Counted from the stretch's first letter, positions 50,073 through 58,912 are shown. The stretch: DNA of 59,163 nucleotides from Bacillota bacterium (GCA_023415375.1 JAEZKW010000104.1:1-59163), one strand, 5' to 3'. Numbers and translations are program-made. The notes: a model not told the origin generated them from the letters alone.

Positions 50073-51076
50073 GGTAATCTCCTGAATATTGTATTGGAAA
50101 GAACGGTTTCTCCGAGTAACAAAATTAACGATAAAATTAAAAGGGGCGGATATAAGTCAAGATACTCCTGATAATGCGGCATTTCAATTTTGGTTTTCTC
50201 CATTTTATTGATTCGATTAAAAATCTCTTTTAACGTGTTGGTATTGGTGGCCCTAAAATAATATCCGCCTGTTTTTTGGGCAATCTTAGTTAACAATGCA
50301 TCATCAATATCTATTTTAACGTTCTGATAGACTTTATGGCCCCACGGGTCTTGAAAAGGATAGGGGACCATACCTTTAGAACCGGCTCCAATTGTATATA
50401 TGGTTATGCCCAGAGCCTTGGCGGCATCTGCTGCAGTTTCCGGGGCCACTTCGCCCGCATTATTAACCCCGTCAGTCAATAAAATAATCACTTTACTCTT
50501 GGCTTTTGACTCTTGAAGCCGGTTCATGGCTGTCACCAAGGCATTACCAATTGCGGTACTGTTCTCAATCATCCCTGCTTTAACTTCTTTAAGGCGTTCA
50601 ATACTCCAATCATGGTCCCAGGTCAAAGGGGAGAGAATATAGGGCCTTCCGGCGAAGATCACCATCCCGATCCGATCATAGGGACGCTTGGCAATAAAGT
50701 CGCTGGCGACTTCTTTCACTATATCAATCCGGCTCGTTCTCCTTCCGGCCGTTTGAAAGTCTTCCCCCAACATACTGGTGGAAACATCTAAAGCCAACAC
50801 AATATCAACGCCTTCATGCCTGACGATGGCATTTTTTAAACCAATTTCCGGGCGGGCCAGAGCGATAATCATAAAAGCCAATCCAGTTAACGTTATCCAA
50901 GGAAGGATTGACAACCCTTTAACTTTCCAAGTCGCCCGGATATTTTGGCCTATTGCCGTGCTAGAATAATAAAATGCGCCCCTTGGTTTTCCAAACTTTC
51001 GTTTGCAAACCATTCCATAACCCATTATGGGTACCAATATCAGCAGTATCAACAAAAGAGAGTTTTGAAAAGTCAT
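50069..51076 (-). CDS. batA: BatA-like von Willebrand factor A domain membrane protein
   Basis: The MIDAS motif is ALDVSTSM and IILLTDGVNN is present. It shares a 4-nt overlap with batB. Confidence 0.8.
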   Translation of the reverse strand: MTFQNSLLLILLILVPIMGYGMVCKRKFGKPRGAFYYSSTAIGQNIRATWKVKGLSILPWITLTGLAFMIIALARPEIGLKNAIVRHEGVDIVLALDVSTSMLGEDFQTAGRRTSRIDIVKEVASDFIAKRPYDRIGMVIFAGRPYILSPLTWDHDWSIERLKEVKAGMIENSTAIGNALVTAMNRLQESKAKSKVIILLTDGVNNAGEVAPETAADAAKALGITIYTIGAGSKGMVPYPFQDPWGHKVYQNVKIDIDDALLTKIAQKTGGYYFRATNTNTLKEIFNRINKMEKTKIEMPHYQEYLDLYPPLLILSLILLLGETVLSNTIFRRLP

Positions 51077-51078
51077 TT

Positions 51079-52170
51079 TTAATTCTCCTGACTGGCTAAA
51101 TTGACACTCTCTATGGAAAATTCATTTTCGATGGGTATTTCTTTGGTTTCTTCAATCAGTTGTTTCGTGAGTGTCAAAGATTTTTCGGCCTCAGCGGGTA
51201 AAGGTAAACATTTTGCAAATTTGACCAGATCGGCTGATTGTAAAAAATCAGTGAGAATCTGTTGATGAACCTTGCCGAGTGTCTGGTCCATCGTTAAACT
51301 TTCTAAGAATTCCTCTGTCGTCATCTCCAAAGCCTTTATTTGAAAACGGTTTTCCAAGTATTCACGGATACATTCGGCCAGTTCGGTATAATAAGGTTTG
51401 AATGCCTGCTCACTGAGATAATCTTTTTTCTGGAGGGCCGCTAACCTCCGTAAGGCAATCACATGAGCCGCTTCCTTTGGAGGGATGTTTTGGACTTCTG
51501 ACTCTGACAACGCTTTCTTTTGACTCCGAAAGCGTTGTAGGTACTTCACGACCATAAATACTAAACCACATCCGGCAATGATCCCTAAAATCCACCATAA
51601 AATAAAATACTGGGGTGGCATTCCGACTGGCTTTTTAGCTTCCTTAATTTGCAAGGCGGCTAATTCTTGTTCCGATTTACTGGCTGGTAGTAGCGATTTT
51701 ATATTGATGAAACAGGTGCGGACTGGATAAATCTTTTGGATACCTGTCTTGCTTCGATAGAGTATATTAAATCCGTGGAGTTGGTGTTTTCCAACATCCC
51801 ATGCGGCCAATTGATATTTGATTTTTTGGCGGATACCTCCAAAGGGCTTTTCAGTAATCAGGTTGCTTTTGGATAAGATTTCTAATGGGCCTAATCTTAT
51901 ATTGGATAAATCCGGCATGTCAAAGCTGATTCCGTTCCGGGCTTCTACTTCTAGAGTAATAGGAATGTTATCCCCGACATGATAAACTCCGGGTGCCACA
52001 ATGATTCGCCCCTGAATCTCGCTCCCCTTTGGCAAAGCCATAGGCTTGAAGGAGAAAAACAAACGATAGACCAAGGCCGCCGATAATAATACAACAAGGA
52101 TCGTCAGGCCATAACCTAAAAGCTTCGGTATTCGGTGATTTAATATTTTTTTGTTACTTAGCGCTTTCAT
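51079..52170 (-). CDS. membrane protein, DUF4381-like C-terminal half fused to an extra N-terminal extracytoplasmic domain
   Basis: The central TM segment is YFILWWILGIIAGCGLVFMVV. It is followed by ...ECIREYLENRFQIKALEMTTEEFL...SADLVKFAK, typical of the small protein found between DUF58 and batA. Confidence 0.55.
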   Translation of the reverse strand: MKALSNKKILNHRIPKLLGYGLTILVVLLSAALVYRLFFSFKPMALPKGSEIQGRIIVAPGVYHVGDNIPITLEVEARNGISFDMPDLSNIRLGPLEILSKSNLITEKPFGGIRQKIKYQLAAWDVGKHQLHGFNILYRSKTGIQKIYPVRTCFINIKSLLPASKSEQELAALQIKEAKKPVGMPPQYFILWWILGIIAGCGLVFMVVKYLQRFRSQKKALSESEVQNIPPKEAAHVIALRRLAALQKKDYLSEQAFKPYYTELAECIREYLENRFQIKALEMTTEEFLESLTMDQTLGKVHQQILTDFLQSADLVKFAKCLPLPAEAEKSLTLTKQLIEETKEIPIENEFSIESVNLASQEN

Positions 52171-52193
52171 CAGTTTACCTCGCTAGGCATACT

Positions 52194-53072
52194 TTAACGG
52201 ATTCTGCGTTCCCGTTTACGGAAAAACTTTTGCAAAGGTTCGACGTAGGAGCGGTCCGTAGAAATTTCGATCCGGTCGATTCTATTATGCTTAAAGAGTT
52301 TATTCGTTGCATTTTTCCTTTTGATAGCCTCATTTTTGATGATATCCCGGACGCTTGATTCGGATGTATCGAGGGTGATACGGGCCCCGGTTTCCCGATC
52401 TTCAAGTTCGACCAGTCCTACAGAGGGCATTTCAAATTCTCGTGGATCATTAATATCAATAGCTATCAAATCATGATGCCTGGAAAGATGTTGTAGCGGT
52501 CTTTCAAATTCTGTGTCTAAAAAATCAGATAGCAAAAAAATAATACTGCGGTGTTTTAGGATCCGGTTCACAAATTCCAAAGCCGCCGAAATATTTGTTC
52601 TTGTTCCAGTGGGCCGATAGCTTAAAATTTCCCGAACGACCCGTAAAACATGGTGACGCCCTTTTTGCGGAGGAATAAACGTTTCGGCATGATCGCTAAA
52701 AATGAGTAAACCCACTTTATCATTGTTTTGAATTGCCAAAAAAGCCAGCAGCGCTGAAATTTCAGCAGCCAAGTCCGACTTTAATGAATTGATGGTCCCG
52801 AAACGCTGTGAAGCGCTCAAATCGACCAATAGCATAATTGTCAGTTCCCGTTCCTCGATATAGCGCTTGATGTAAGGAATTCCGGTGCGCGCCGTGACAT
52901 TCCAGTCGATTGCCCGCACATCGTCTCCGGGAATATAAGCCCTGACTTCGTCAAATTCAATACCCATTCCTTTGAAAACACTGGTATAATGACCCGACAT
53001 TGCGTCATTACTTAAACGTGATATTTTTAATTGGATTTTCTTGACTTTCTTAAGTGTTTCCTTGGCAAGCAT
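52194..53072 (-). CDS. DUF58 (MoxR-associated VWA-like) protein
   Basis: GDDVRAIDWNVTARTG...LLVDLSASQRFG is present. ATG 53072 lies 6 nt after AAAGGA. The track start 53189 reads through the intergenic repeat and is rejected. Confidence 0.85.
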   Translation of the reverse strand: MLAKETLKKVKKIQLKISRLSNDAMSGHYTSVFKGMGIEFDEVRAYIPGDDVRAIDWNVTARTGIPYIKRYIEERELTIMLLVDLSASQRFGTINSLKSDLAAEISALLAFLAIQNNDKVGLLIFSDHAETFIPPQKGRHHVLRVVREILSYRPTGTRTNISAALEFVNRILKHRSIIFLLSDFLDTEFERPLQHLSRHHDLIAIDINDPREFEMPSVGLVELEDRETGARITLDTSESSVRDIIKNEAIKRKNATNKLFKHNRIDRIEISTDRSYVEPLQKFFRKRERRIR

Positions 53073-53097
53073 TTTAGTTCCTTTCATACTAGAAGCC

Positions 53098-53218
53098 AGG
53101 AGCCAGAATCCAGAAGTCAGAATGAGGGCTGAGGGATCTCTAAATTCCAAGTAAAAATTAAATCTTGGAAAGAATATTGAAGCCTTCAATTCATTCTGGC
53201 TCCTGACTCTTGAATTCT
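53098..53218. repeat. palindromic intergenic element, copy A
   Basis: AGGAGCCAGAATCCAGAAGTCAGAATGAG...TTCATTCTGGCTCCTGACTCTTGAATTCT. The ends are imperfect inverted repeats able to form a ~25-bp stem, with an inner hairpin CCAAG-N12-CTTGG. Confidence 0.85.
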
Positions 53219-53261
53219 AAATTCTTTGTCACTTATATATTCAAGGGAGGAAACTTGTTTT

Positions 53262-53383
53262 AGGAGCCAGAATCCAGAAGTCAGAATGAGGACTAAAGTA
53301 TCTCTGAAATCCCAAGTAAAAATTAAATCTTGGAAAAGATATTGAAGCTTTCAATTCATTCTGGCTCCTGACTCCTGAATTCT
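53262..53383. repeat. palindromic intergenic element, copy B (tandem, 164-nt period)
   Basis: It is near-identical to copy A over ~121 nt with a handful of substitutions. The following ~30 nt also resemble the tail after copy A. Confidence 0.85.
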
Positions 53384-53404
53384 TAATCCTTTATCCATAT
53401 ATAA

Positions 53405-54394
53405 TTAAGGAACATCTACCCCTTGGAAAATAGTTTTGATGACCTCATCCACCTTGATTTCTTCCGCTTCCGCCTCATAGGTGAGAATGATCCGGTGTCT
53501 TAAAATATCGGGGCCTATAACTTTGATGTCATTGGGCACCACGTAACCACGGCCTTGGATAAAAGCCCAAGCTTTGGCGGCGATGGTTAGGTTAATGGTA
53601 GCCCTTGGCGATGCGCCATATTCAATATAATCAGCAATGTCGAGTTTATATTGAGCCGGCTTACGGGTCGCAGTCACAATTTTGACAATATAATCCCGAA
53701 TCTTCGAATCCAGATAAACTTGATCAACGACTTTTCGGACTTCCATAATGTCCTGAGGGGAAATCACCGGTTGAATATCCATAACCTTTGATGTTTGTCC
53801 CATCCGTTCGGCGATCAATGTTTCTTCCTCAATTGTTGGGTAGGATATTTGCAATTTAAGCATGAAACGGTCCAGTTGTGCCTCAGGCAGCGGATAAGTA
53901 CCTTGCTGTTCAACGGGGTTTTGTGTTGCCAGCACCATAAAGGGCTCAGGCAGTTTAAAAGTATTTTCACCGATTGTTACTTGTCTTTCTTCCATCGCTT
54001 CCAGTAAGGCACTTTGGACTTTTGCCGGGGCGCGGTTTATTTCATCGGCTAAAACGATTTGCGCAAATAACGGACCTTTTTTGGTCGAGAACTGGCCGCT
54101 TTGTGGGTTATAAATCAAAGTCCCAATCAAATCAGCAGGCAATAAATCCGGTGTAAATTGAATTCTTTGAAAATCAGCTTGAATCGAGGCTGCCAGGCTC
54201 TTTACAGATAACGTTTTTGCGAGGCCTGGTACTCCTTCGAGAAGCACATGGCCGCCGGATAATAAGCCCAACAGCAGGCCATCAATCAGTTTTCCTTGGC
54301 CAATAATAACTTTGGAGATCTGGTCCTTTAACTGGGTAATAAACATACTTTTTTCTTTGATTGCTTCATTAACAGCAGTTAGGCCTTCAAACAT
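53405..54394 (-). CDS. MoxR-family AAA+ ATPase
   Basis: Walker A is GVPGLAKT and Walker B is VLADEINRA. TQNPVEQQGTYPLPEAQLDRF is typical of AAA_3/MoxR. Confidence 0.93.
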   Translation of the reverse strand: MFEGLTAVNEAIKEKSMFITQLKDQISKVIIGQGKLIDGLLLGLLSGGHVLLEGVPGLAKTLSVKSLAASIQADFQRIQFTPDLLPADLIGTLIYNPQSGQFSTKKGPLFAQIVLADEINRAPAKVQSALLEAMEERQVTIGENTFKLPEPFMVLATQNPVEQQGTYPLPEAQLDRFMLKLQISYPTIEEETLIAERMGQTSKVMDIQPVISPQDIMEVRKVVDQVYLDSKIRDYIVKIVTATRKPAQYKLDIADYIEYGASPRATINLTIAAKAWAFIQGRGYVVPNDIKVIGPDILRHRIILTYEAEAEEIKVDEVIKTIFQGVDVP

Positions 54395-54692
54395 GACGTT
54401 CCCTCCTAAAGGATGAATTATAATTTAGAGTTACTTCATTCCGAACTTAACCTGCCTTGTAACCCTAATTAGACATGCCTTGCTAATGAACTTTAATGGC
54501 GAAAAACGCTGTTGGATAAATTCTTTGAATTTTCTCTTCCAGACGTTAAACGGATAATTATTCATTTAGGTTTCCACTTTTAAGAAATTGATGATCTATC
54601 TACTGGTTTGAGACTTTTCAAATTGATAGTATTTTCAAGTATGATTTTCCGATAACGGGTTATGATTAACTTCAGCCCAAAAATATAAAAGG

Positions 54693-54905
54693 ATGATGAA
54701 ATTGGAACAAATATTGGAAATGAATGAGGCTAATCAGCTAACGATTCCAAGCTCAATCACTGAATCAATGAATTTAAAACCGGGGGCTCATTTTACAGCC
54801 CGGGAAGAAGCAGGAAGGTTAATTATTGAATACCTACCCTTTTCTAGGTTAAAACAAGCGGAATCTTTGGATAAAACCATTCAATCGTTGCAAAAAGAGA
54901 AATGA
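54693..54905 (+). CDS. small AbrB/MazE/SpoVT-fold DNA-binding protein (orphan antitoxin-like)
   Basis: QLTIPSSITESMNLKPGAHFTAREEAGRLIIEYLP fits the swapped-hairpin beta-barrel pattern. No partner toxin ORF is adjacent. Confidence 0.45.
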   Translation: MMKLEQILEMNEANQLTIPSSITESMNLKPGAHFTAREEAGRLIIEYLPFSRLKQAESLDKTIQSLQKEK

Positions 54906-54964
54906 AACCTTTCCGCGGTAAATTAATAAAGGCAAAAACCTTTTTAATAATTTCCGTTGGCCTT

Positions 54965-55891
54965 TTAAATAAAAAGCCTATCAAGCCAGGCAAACAAATC
55001 ACGGATAACCTCATCCCGATTGATTTCGTTCGGCATTTCATGCCTTCCGCCCGGATAAAACTTATAGGTTAAATCGTTTAGGCCAGCTTGCTGGTAAACG
55101 AAAATCAGTCTTTGTACGCCTTTGCCATATTCACCGACAGGATCGTCAGTGCCTGCAATAATATAGATGGGAAGATTGTTTGGTATTTTTCGTTGATTTT
55201 TGGAACAATGGATCCGTTTTAAAGCCCGGGCCAGATCATAATAAAAGCCCCCGGATAAAACCGCTCCGCAAAATGGGTCGTTAATATACCGATCAACTTC
55301 GGCGTTATCCCGCGACAGCCAATCAAAGTCGGTCCGTTGCGGCTGAAATTTACTATTGTACCCGGATAGCGCCATATTATGAAGAAAAGGGCTTTGCTTT
55401 TCGGGTGCATTACCATGAACGATTAGCCAAGCCAGCAGAAGTCCAATATTGGTTATTCCTCCTTTTTTACCGCAAGTTCCGCTCAAGACTGCGCCTCGTA
55501 GTTCATGTCCGTATTCTTCGATATATTGCTGGGTCAAAAATGAGCCGAAGCTATGCCCGAAAAGGACAAGCGGCAAACCGGGGTTTTCGTTTTGAATAAG
55601 CTGCGACAACTGATGAAGGTTGGTAACAACATTATTGAAGCCATCCTCCCCCATATAGCCTACTTTTTCCGGATTTCCGGCAGTGAGGCCATGGCCGCGA
55701 TGATCCGGAGCAAATACTAAATATCCTGCACTGGTCAGAGATTCTGCAAATCTTTGGTACCGGCCGGCATGTTCGGCCATGCCGTGGACCAAAATAATAA
55801 TCGCTTTAGGCTCAGTTTCTTCTGGCCGCCATTGATACGTAAAAATTTTATATCCTTGCTGATCAGTAAAAGAAAAAGTATTCTGTTTCAT
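54965..55891 (-). CDS. alpha/beta hydrolase (lysophospholipase/monoacylglycerol-lipase-like)
   Basis: HGMAEH is present, the nucleophile elbow is GHSFGS, and there is a late GGRHE. ATG 55891 follows GGAGGG. Confidence 0.8.
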   Translation of the reverse strand: MKQNTFSFTDQQGYKIFTYQWRPEETEPKAIIILVHGMAEHAGRYQRFAESLTSAGYLVFAPDHRGHGLTAGNPEKVGYMGEDGFNNVVTNLHQLSQLIQNENPGLPLVLFGHSFGSFLTQQYIEEYGHELRGAVLSGTCGKKGGITNIGLLLAWLIVHGNAPEKQSPFLHNMALSGYNSKFQPQRTDFDWLSRDNAEVDRYINDPFCGAVLSGGFYYDLARALKRIHCSKNQRKIPNNLPIYIIAGTDDPVGEYGKGVQRLIFVYQQAGLNDLTYKFYPGGRHEMPNEINRDEVIRDLFAWLDRLFI

Positions 55892-56431
55892 CTTTATCCC
55901 TCCAACAATCAAAGTGATGCTATAGAATGGTTTTGTTCGCCACCAGCGCTACTTTTGTACCCATGAGATCATTAATTAAATTTGGCGGGATTGATCGGCC
56001 GATCGCTTCAGTATGCCGGATTTAATCCATGACTTTAAAGATAAGGTTTTGCGGAATAGGGCCGACGGTTTTTACTGAAAGTGATTTATTCTGGCTAGCG
56101 AGTTTAAACACACCAGTCAATGTAGGTGAGGATTGATTCCTGGCGAGCGTAAACTTAGTTGAATGGTTAAAAGCCCGATTGTCTTGACATGGGGGACGAG
56201 GTTTAATTTGGAAGTAACCACCTTAATTATTTTGTTACAAATTAATGTAACAAACTTAACATATAAACTTAAATTCGGCAAGTAACTTTAGAATCAAATA
56301 AAAAATTTAATGTACTGCTTTCAATGGATTGATAATAAATACTGTTGGTGTTCGGCGTAATGAATATGAATTTGAATTCAAAATTTTTTTGCAGTATAAT
56401 ATAGGTTATCAATAAATGAAAATGAAAAGGA

Positions 56432-56647
56432 ATGATGGATAGAATGAATTTCTTAGTAAAGGCGGTTGATTTTAAAAATAACGTATTTTACGCAACACCG
56501 CCCGATCCGCAAGGGTTAAGAATTTTGAGCTCTAAAGATAAAGCGGAGGTATTTAAATTAAAAAAGAATGCTCTGGATACAATTGTAAAAATGAAACAGG
56601 TTCAAGACATGAGAAACTACGTTTATCATATCGAACAAATTGAATAA
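56432..56647 (+). CDS. hypothetical small protein
   Basis: This 71-aa ORF sits in an AT-rich region. I recognise no motif. Confidence 0.3.
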   Translation: MMDRMNFLVKAVDFKNNVFYATPPDPQGLRILSSKDKAEVFKLKKNALDTIVKMKQVQDMRNYVYHIEQIE

Positions 56648-56774
56648 TGTTATTATGGTCTTCCACGGCAGTTGCGTTTTTTGATAAAGAAATCTACAAG
56701 AAAGTTTTGGATGATTTGTTGACAAGCAATTTAAGAAAGTGGTTTAATTAAATGGTATACACAAGGAGGTTACC

Positions 56775-56993
56775 ATGGGACTTATAGAGGAATCAAAGGT
56801 AGCACAGGTCATTAATAGGTTTGAGGATGCTTGTTCTTTGTTAAATGAGATCACTGCCGAAGACAATCGTTTTAATGAAAAAATTACCAAAATAATTCAA
56901 ACTCTTACAGAATATGAAAAAGAACTAGGAAAAATCAAAGAGCAATTAAATGTCGAAAATTTGGGTGTCAAAGCTAAAACATCATCACTCTAG
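56775..56993 (+). CDS. hypothetical small helical/coiled-coil protein
   Basis: This is a 72-aa ORF with RBS AAGGAGG 5 nt upstream. A possible promoter is TTGACA-N18-TTTAAT, ~40 nt upstream. Confidence 0.45.
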   Translation: MGLIEESKVAQVINRFEDACSLLNEITAEDNRFNEKITKIIQTLTEYEKELGKIKEQLNVENLGVKAKTSSL

Positions 56994-57001
56994 TTTTTTT
57001 A

Positions 57002-57811
57002 TTAAGATTGATTTTCCGCCGCTGGATTTGTAAGGATTTTTACAGAAGCGGAAGAATTGTTTATAAGAGTTAAAACTGTTTTGCGAATAACCTCGCAGAG
57101 CAGTTTTTTTTCTTCACCCGTTAAATCTTGAAAAGTTTTGCTCAGCTCAACAATCCATTGATGTTTTTGGTTTTCAAAAAATACTTTTTCCGGTGTGATC
57201 CCGTTATTTATAAAATCACGCATTTCCTGCTGGTTAAAGAGCGATTCTAAAGCAATGAATAGGGTGGATTTCCCCTTTTTCTGACATGAAACATCTCTTA
57301 AAATCTCCCGCTGGGCGATTTGACCATTTGCTTTTGGGACAAATATAATCATTTTGAGCGGCTTACTTTTGGGGGAAAAGATGTCTTGAATCCGGCAGCC
57401 TTTTTCATTGACGACTTCATAGGCATAATCACCTTGAGGTAATGATATCAGCAAAGCGGGAAAAGTAAGGGCTTCAATCAGCATCTGATCTTTACGGGGA
57501 CTTTGGGCTTTTATCTTTATTAAATGATTCTTGACACTCAATATTTCTAAACTATATCCACCGGTTTTTTTCAAGCCCCAGTTAAAATAGTAATAAGTTC
57601 TCTTATTAAAATTCCAATGTTTTACTTCAGGCACTGGATTATTTCTTTCAATCCCAAAAGGCAAATCTTCTTCTACTAAATAAGGAGTATTCTTTATTTC
57701 GGGTCGTTCAAAAGAATGCGGCTGATTCAAAATATATAATCCCCCCCCCGTACCGCTAATGATCCCAGCTGCTATCGCTAAAAAAACGGAGATTTTTTTC
57801 AATAAAAGCAT
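57002..57811 (-). CDS. secreted protein with PrcB_C-like domain
   Basis: There is an N-terminal signal/anchor. KKTGGYSLEILSVKNHLIKIKAQSP resembles the PrcB C-terminal domain signature (TGGYS.EI). The C-terminal half is unassigned. Confidence 0.4.
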   Translation of the reverse strand: MLLLKKISVFLAIAAGIISGTGGGLYILNQPHSFERPEIKNTPYLVEEDLPFGIERNNPVPEVKHWNFNKRTYYYFNWGLKKTGGYSLEILSVKNHLIKIKAQSPRKDQMLIEALTFPALLISLPQGDYAYEVVNEKGCRIQDIFSPKSKPLKMIIFVPKANGQIAQREILRDVSCQKKGKSTLFIALESLFNQQEMRDFINNGITPEKVFFENQKHQWIVELSKTFQDLTGEEKKLLCEVIRKTVLTLINNSSASVKILTNPAAENQS

Positions 57812-57958
57812 CTTGCTTTAAAACACCTCGCTTTATTCTATGCTTATAAACGAAGGTGCTCCCAGAAGGTTTCCTGGGGGATTATGGGAATCATTTATTA
57901 ACCTATAGCATTGAGGAATATTTTGTATCATTAACTGTTTGAAGGTAGGCTGATTCTG

Positions 57959-58004
57959 TCCGCCGCGGGTTAAAACCGGTTTTAACCCGCGGCGGAGATT
58001 TTTT
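57959..58004. terminator. 38-nt perfect GC-rich palindrome with one-sided T tract
   Basis: TCCGCCGCGGGTTAAAACCGGTTTTAACCCGCGGCGGA (57959..57996) is followed by GATTTTTT on the plus strand. It lies between two minus-strand genes. Confidence 0.4.
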
Positions 58005-58100
58005 CAGTGGATGCTCCTATTTTAGTCATAAAAAATCCATAGGTACTGTTTTGCAATACCTATGGAAGCAAGTAGAATTTAGCCTCGATGCCTATGTAAA

Positions 58101-58793
58101 TTAGAAGCTCAGCCTGACTCCGAAGTTATAACCATCAGAAGAGAGTTTCATAACTTTGGATTCGGCTTCCATTTTGCGGTAGTCCACAAAAAGGTCTACA
58201 AAAGGAATCGGAGCGTAAGAAATACCTGCCTTGAGATAACTCATGGAAGGGCTGCTGTCATCATCAATGCCATTACTGAATTTGGCGTATATTGGAATGT
58301 TCGCATTGGCATAAACACTAATATCAGCGAGGCTTACTTTGGCACCTACACTAGCGAATAAATCCCAGTAAGCGCTGTCGCCAAGACTCGGATTGCTAAT
58401 TGAATCGCCCTTGGTCAGAGTGTATGCCTGATAGCCGCCATAAAGCTGAAGGCTAACGATTGGCAGTCCTAGTTCCCATCCAGCTTTTATAGTCGCTGTG
58501 GAGAAGGTGCCATCTTTACCCATATCAGCAGTGCTATATTCCCCGCCGATGTGGATAAGAAGTAAATTAAGATCGCCAGTCAATGTAACTTGAGTAGGTG
58601 ATTTGGAAATGTTATCTACTGTATAACCAGGAGTTGAGTTATAATTTGTTTTAAAAGGTTCTTTATAGTTTACCGAAAAATCACTAGGACCGGCTTCCGC
58701 ACTCACTCCAAACAAAAGCTCAGCTGAGGCAAGAGTTGCAAATGATAAAAGAAGCGAGAAAGTTAAAATAAGTATACTTGCCAACTTTTTCAC
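58101..58793 (-). CDS. outer-membrane beta-barrel protein (OMP_b-brl-like)
   Basis: The signal peptide ends ASA/E. The sequence shows an alternating hydrophobic beta-strand pattern. The C-terminus NFGVRLSF ends in Phe, the classic OMP sorting signature. GTG start follows GGAGGT. Confidence 0.65.
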   Translation of the reverse strand: MKKLASILILTFSLLLSFATLASAELLFGVSAEAGPSDFSVNYKEPFKTNYNSTPGYTVDNISKSPTQVTLTGDLNLLLIHIGGEYSTADMGKDGTFSTATIKAGWELGLPIVSLQLYGGYQAYTLTKGDSISNPSLGDSAYWDLFASVGAKVSLADISVYANANIPIYAKFSNGIDDDSSPSMSYLKAGISYAPIPFVDLFVDYRKMEAESKVMKLSSDGYNFGVRLSF

Positions 58794-58912
58794 GAGAATA
58801 CCTCCAATTTTTTAAAATTTGTATAATAGATGGTTTTTCCCCACCTAAATACTAATTCAAGATAATAATACCAATTCCTGCTGATTATATTCGGGGGAAG
58901 TTGGATAGCACC

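Noticed and set aside
52194-53189. The track ORF gives the DUF58 protein a 39-aa N-terminal extension (MKASIFFPRFNFYLEFRDPSALILTSGFWLLASS...).
   Set aside because: The extension is a translation of the palindromic intergenic repeat. An internal ATG at 53072 has a proper RBS, and the conserved DUF58 sequence starts there.
53098-53383. I asked whether the repeats in the bat operon could be a CRISPR array.
   Set aside because: There are only two copies. The units are ~120 nt and internally palindromic, the spacer is 43 nt, and no cas genes are present. They are better described as a tandem palindromic element.
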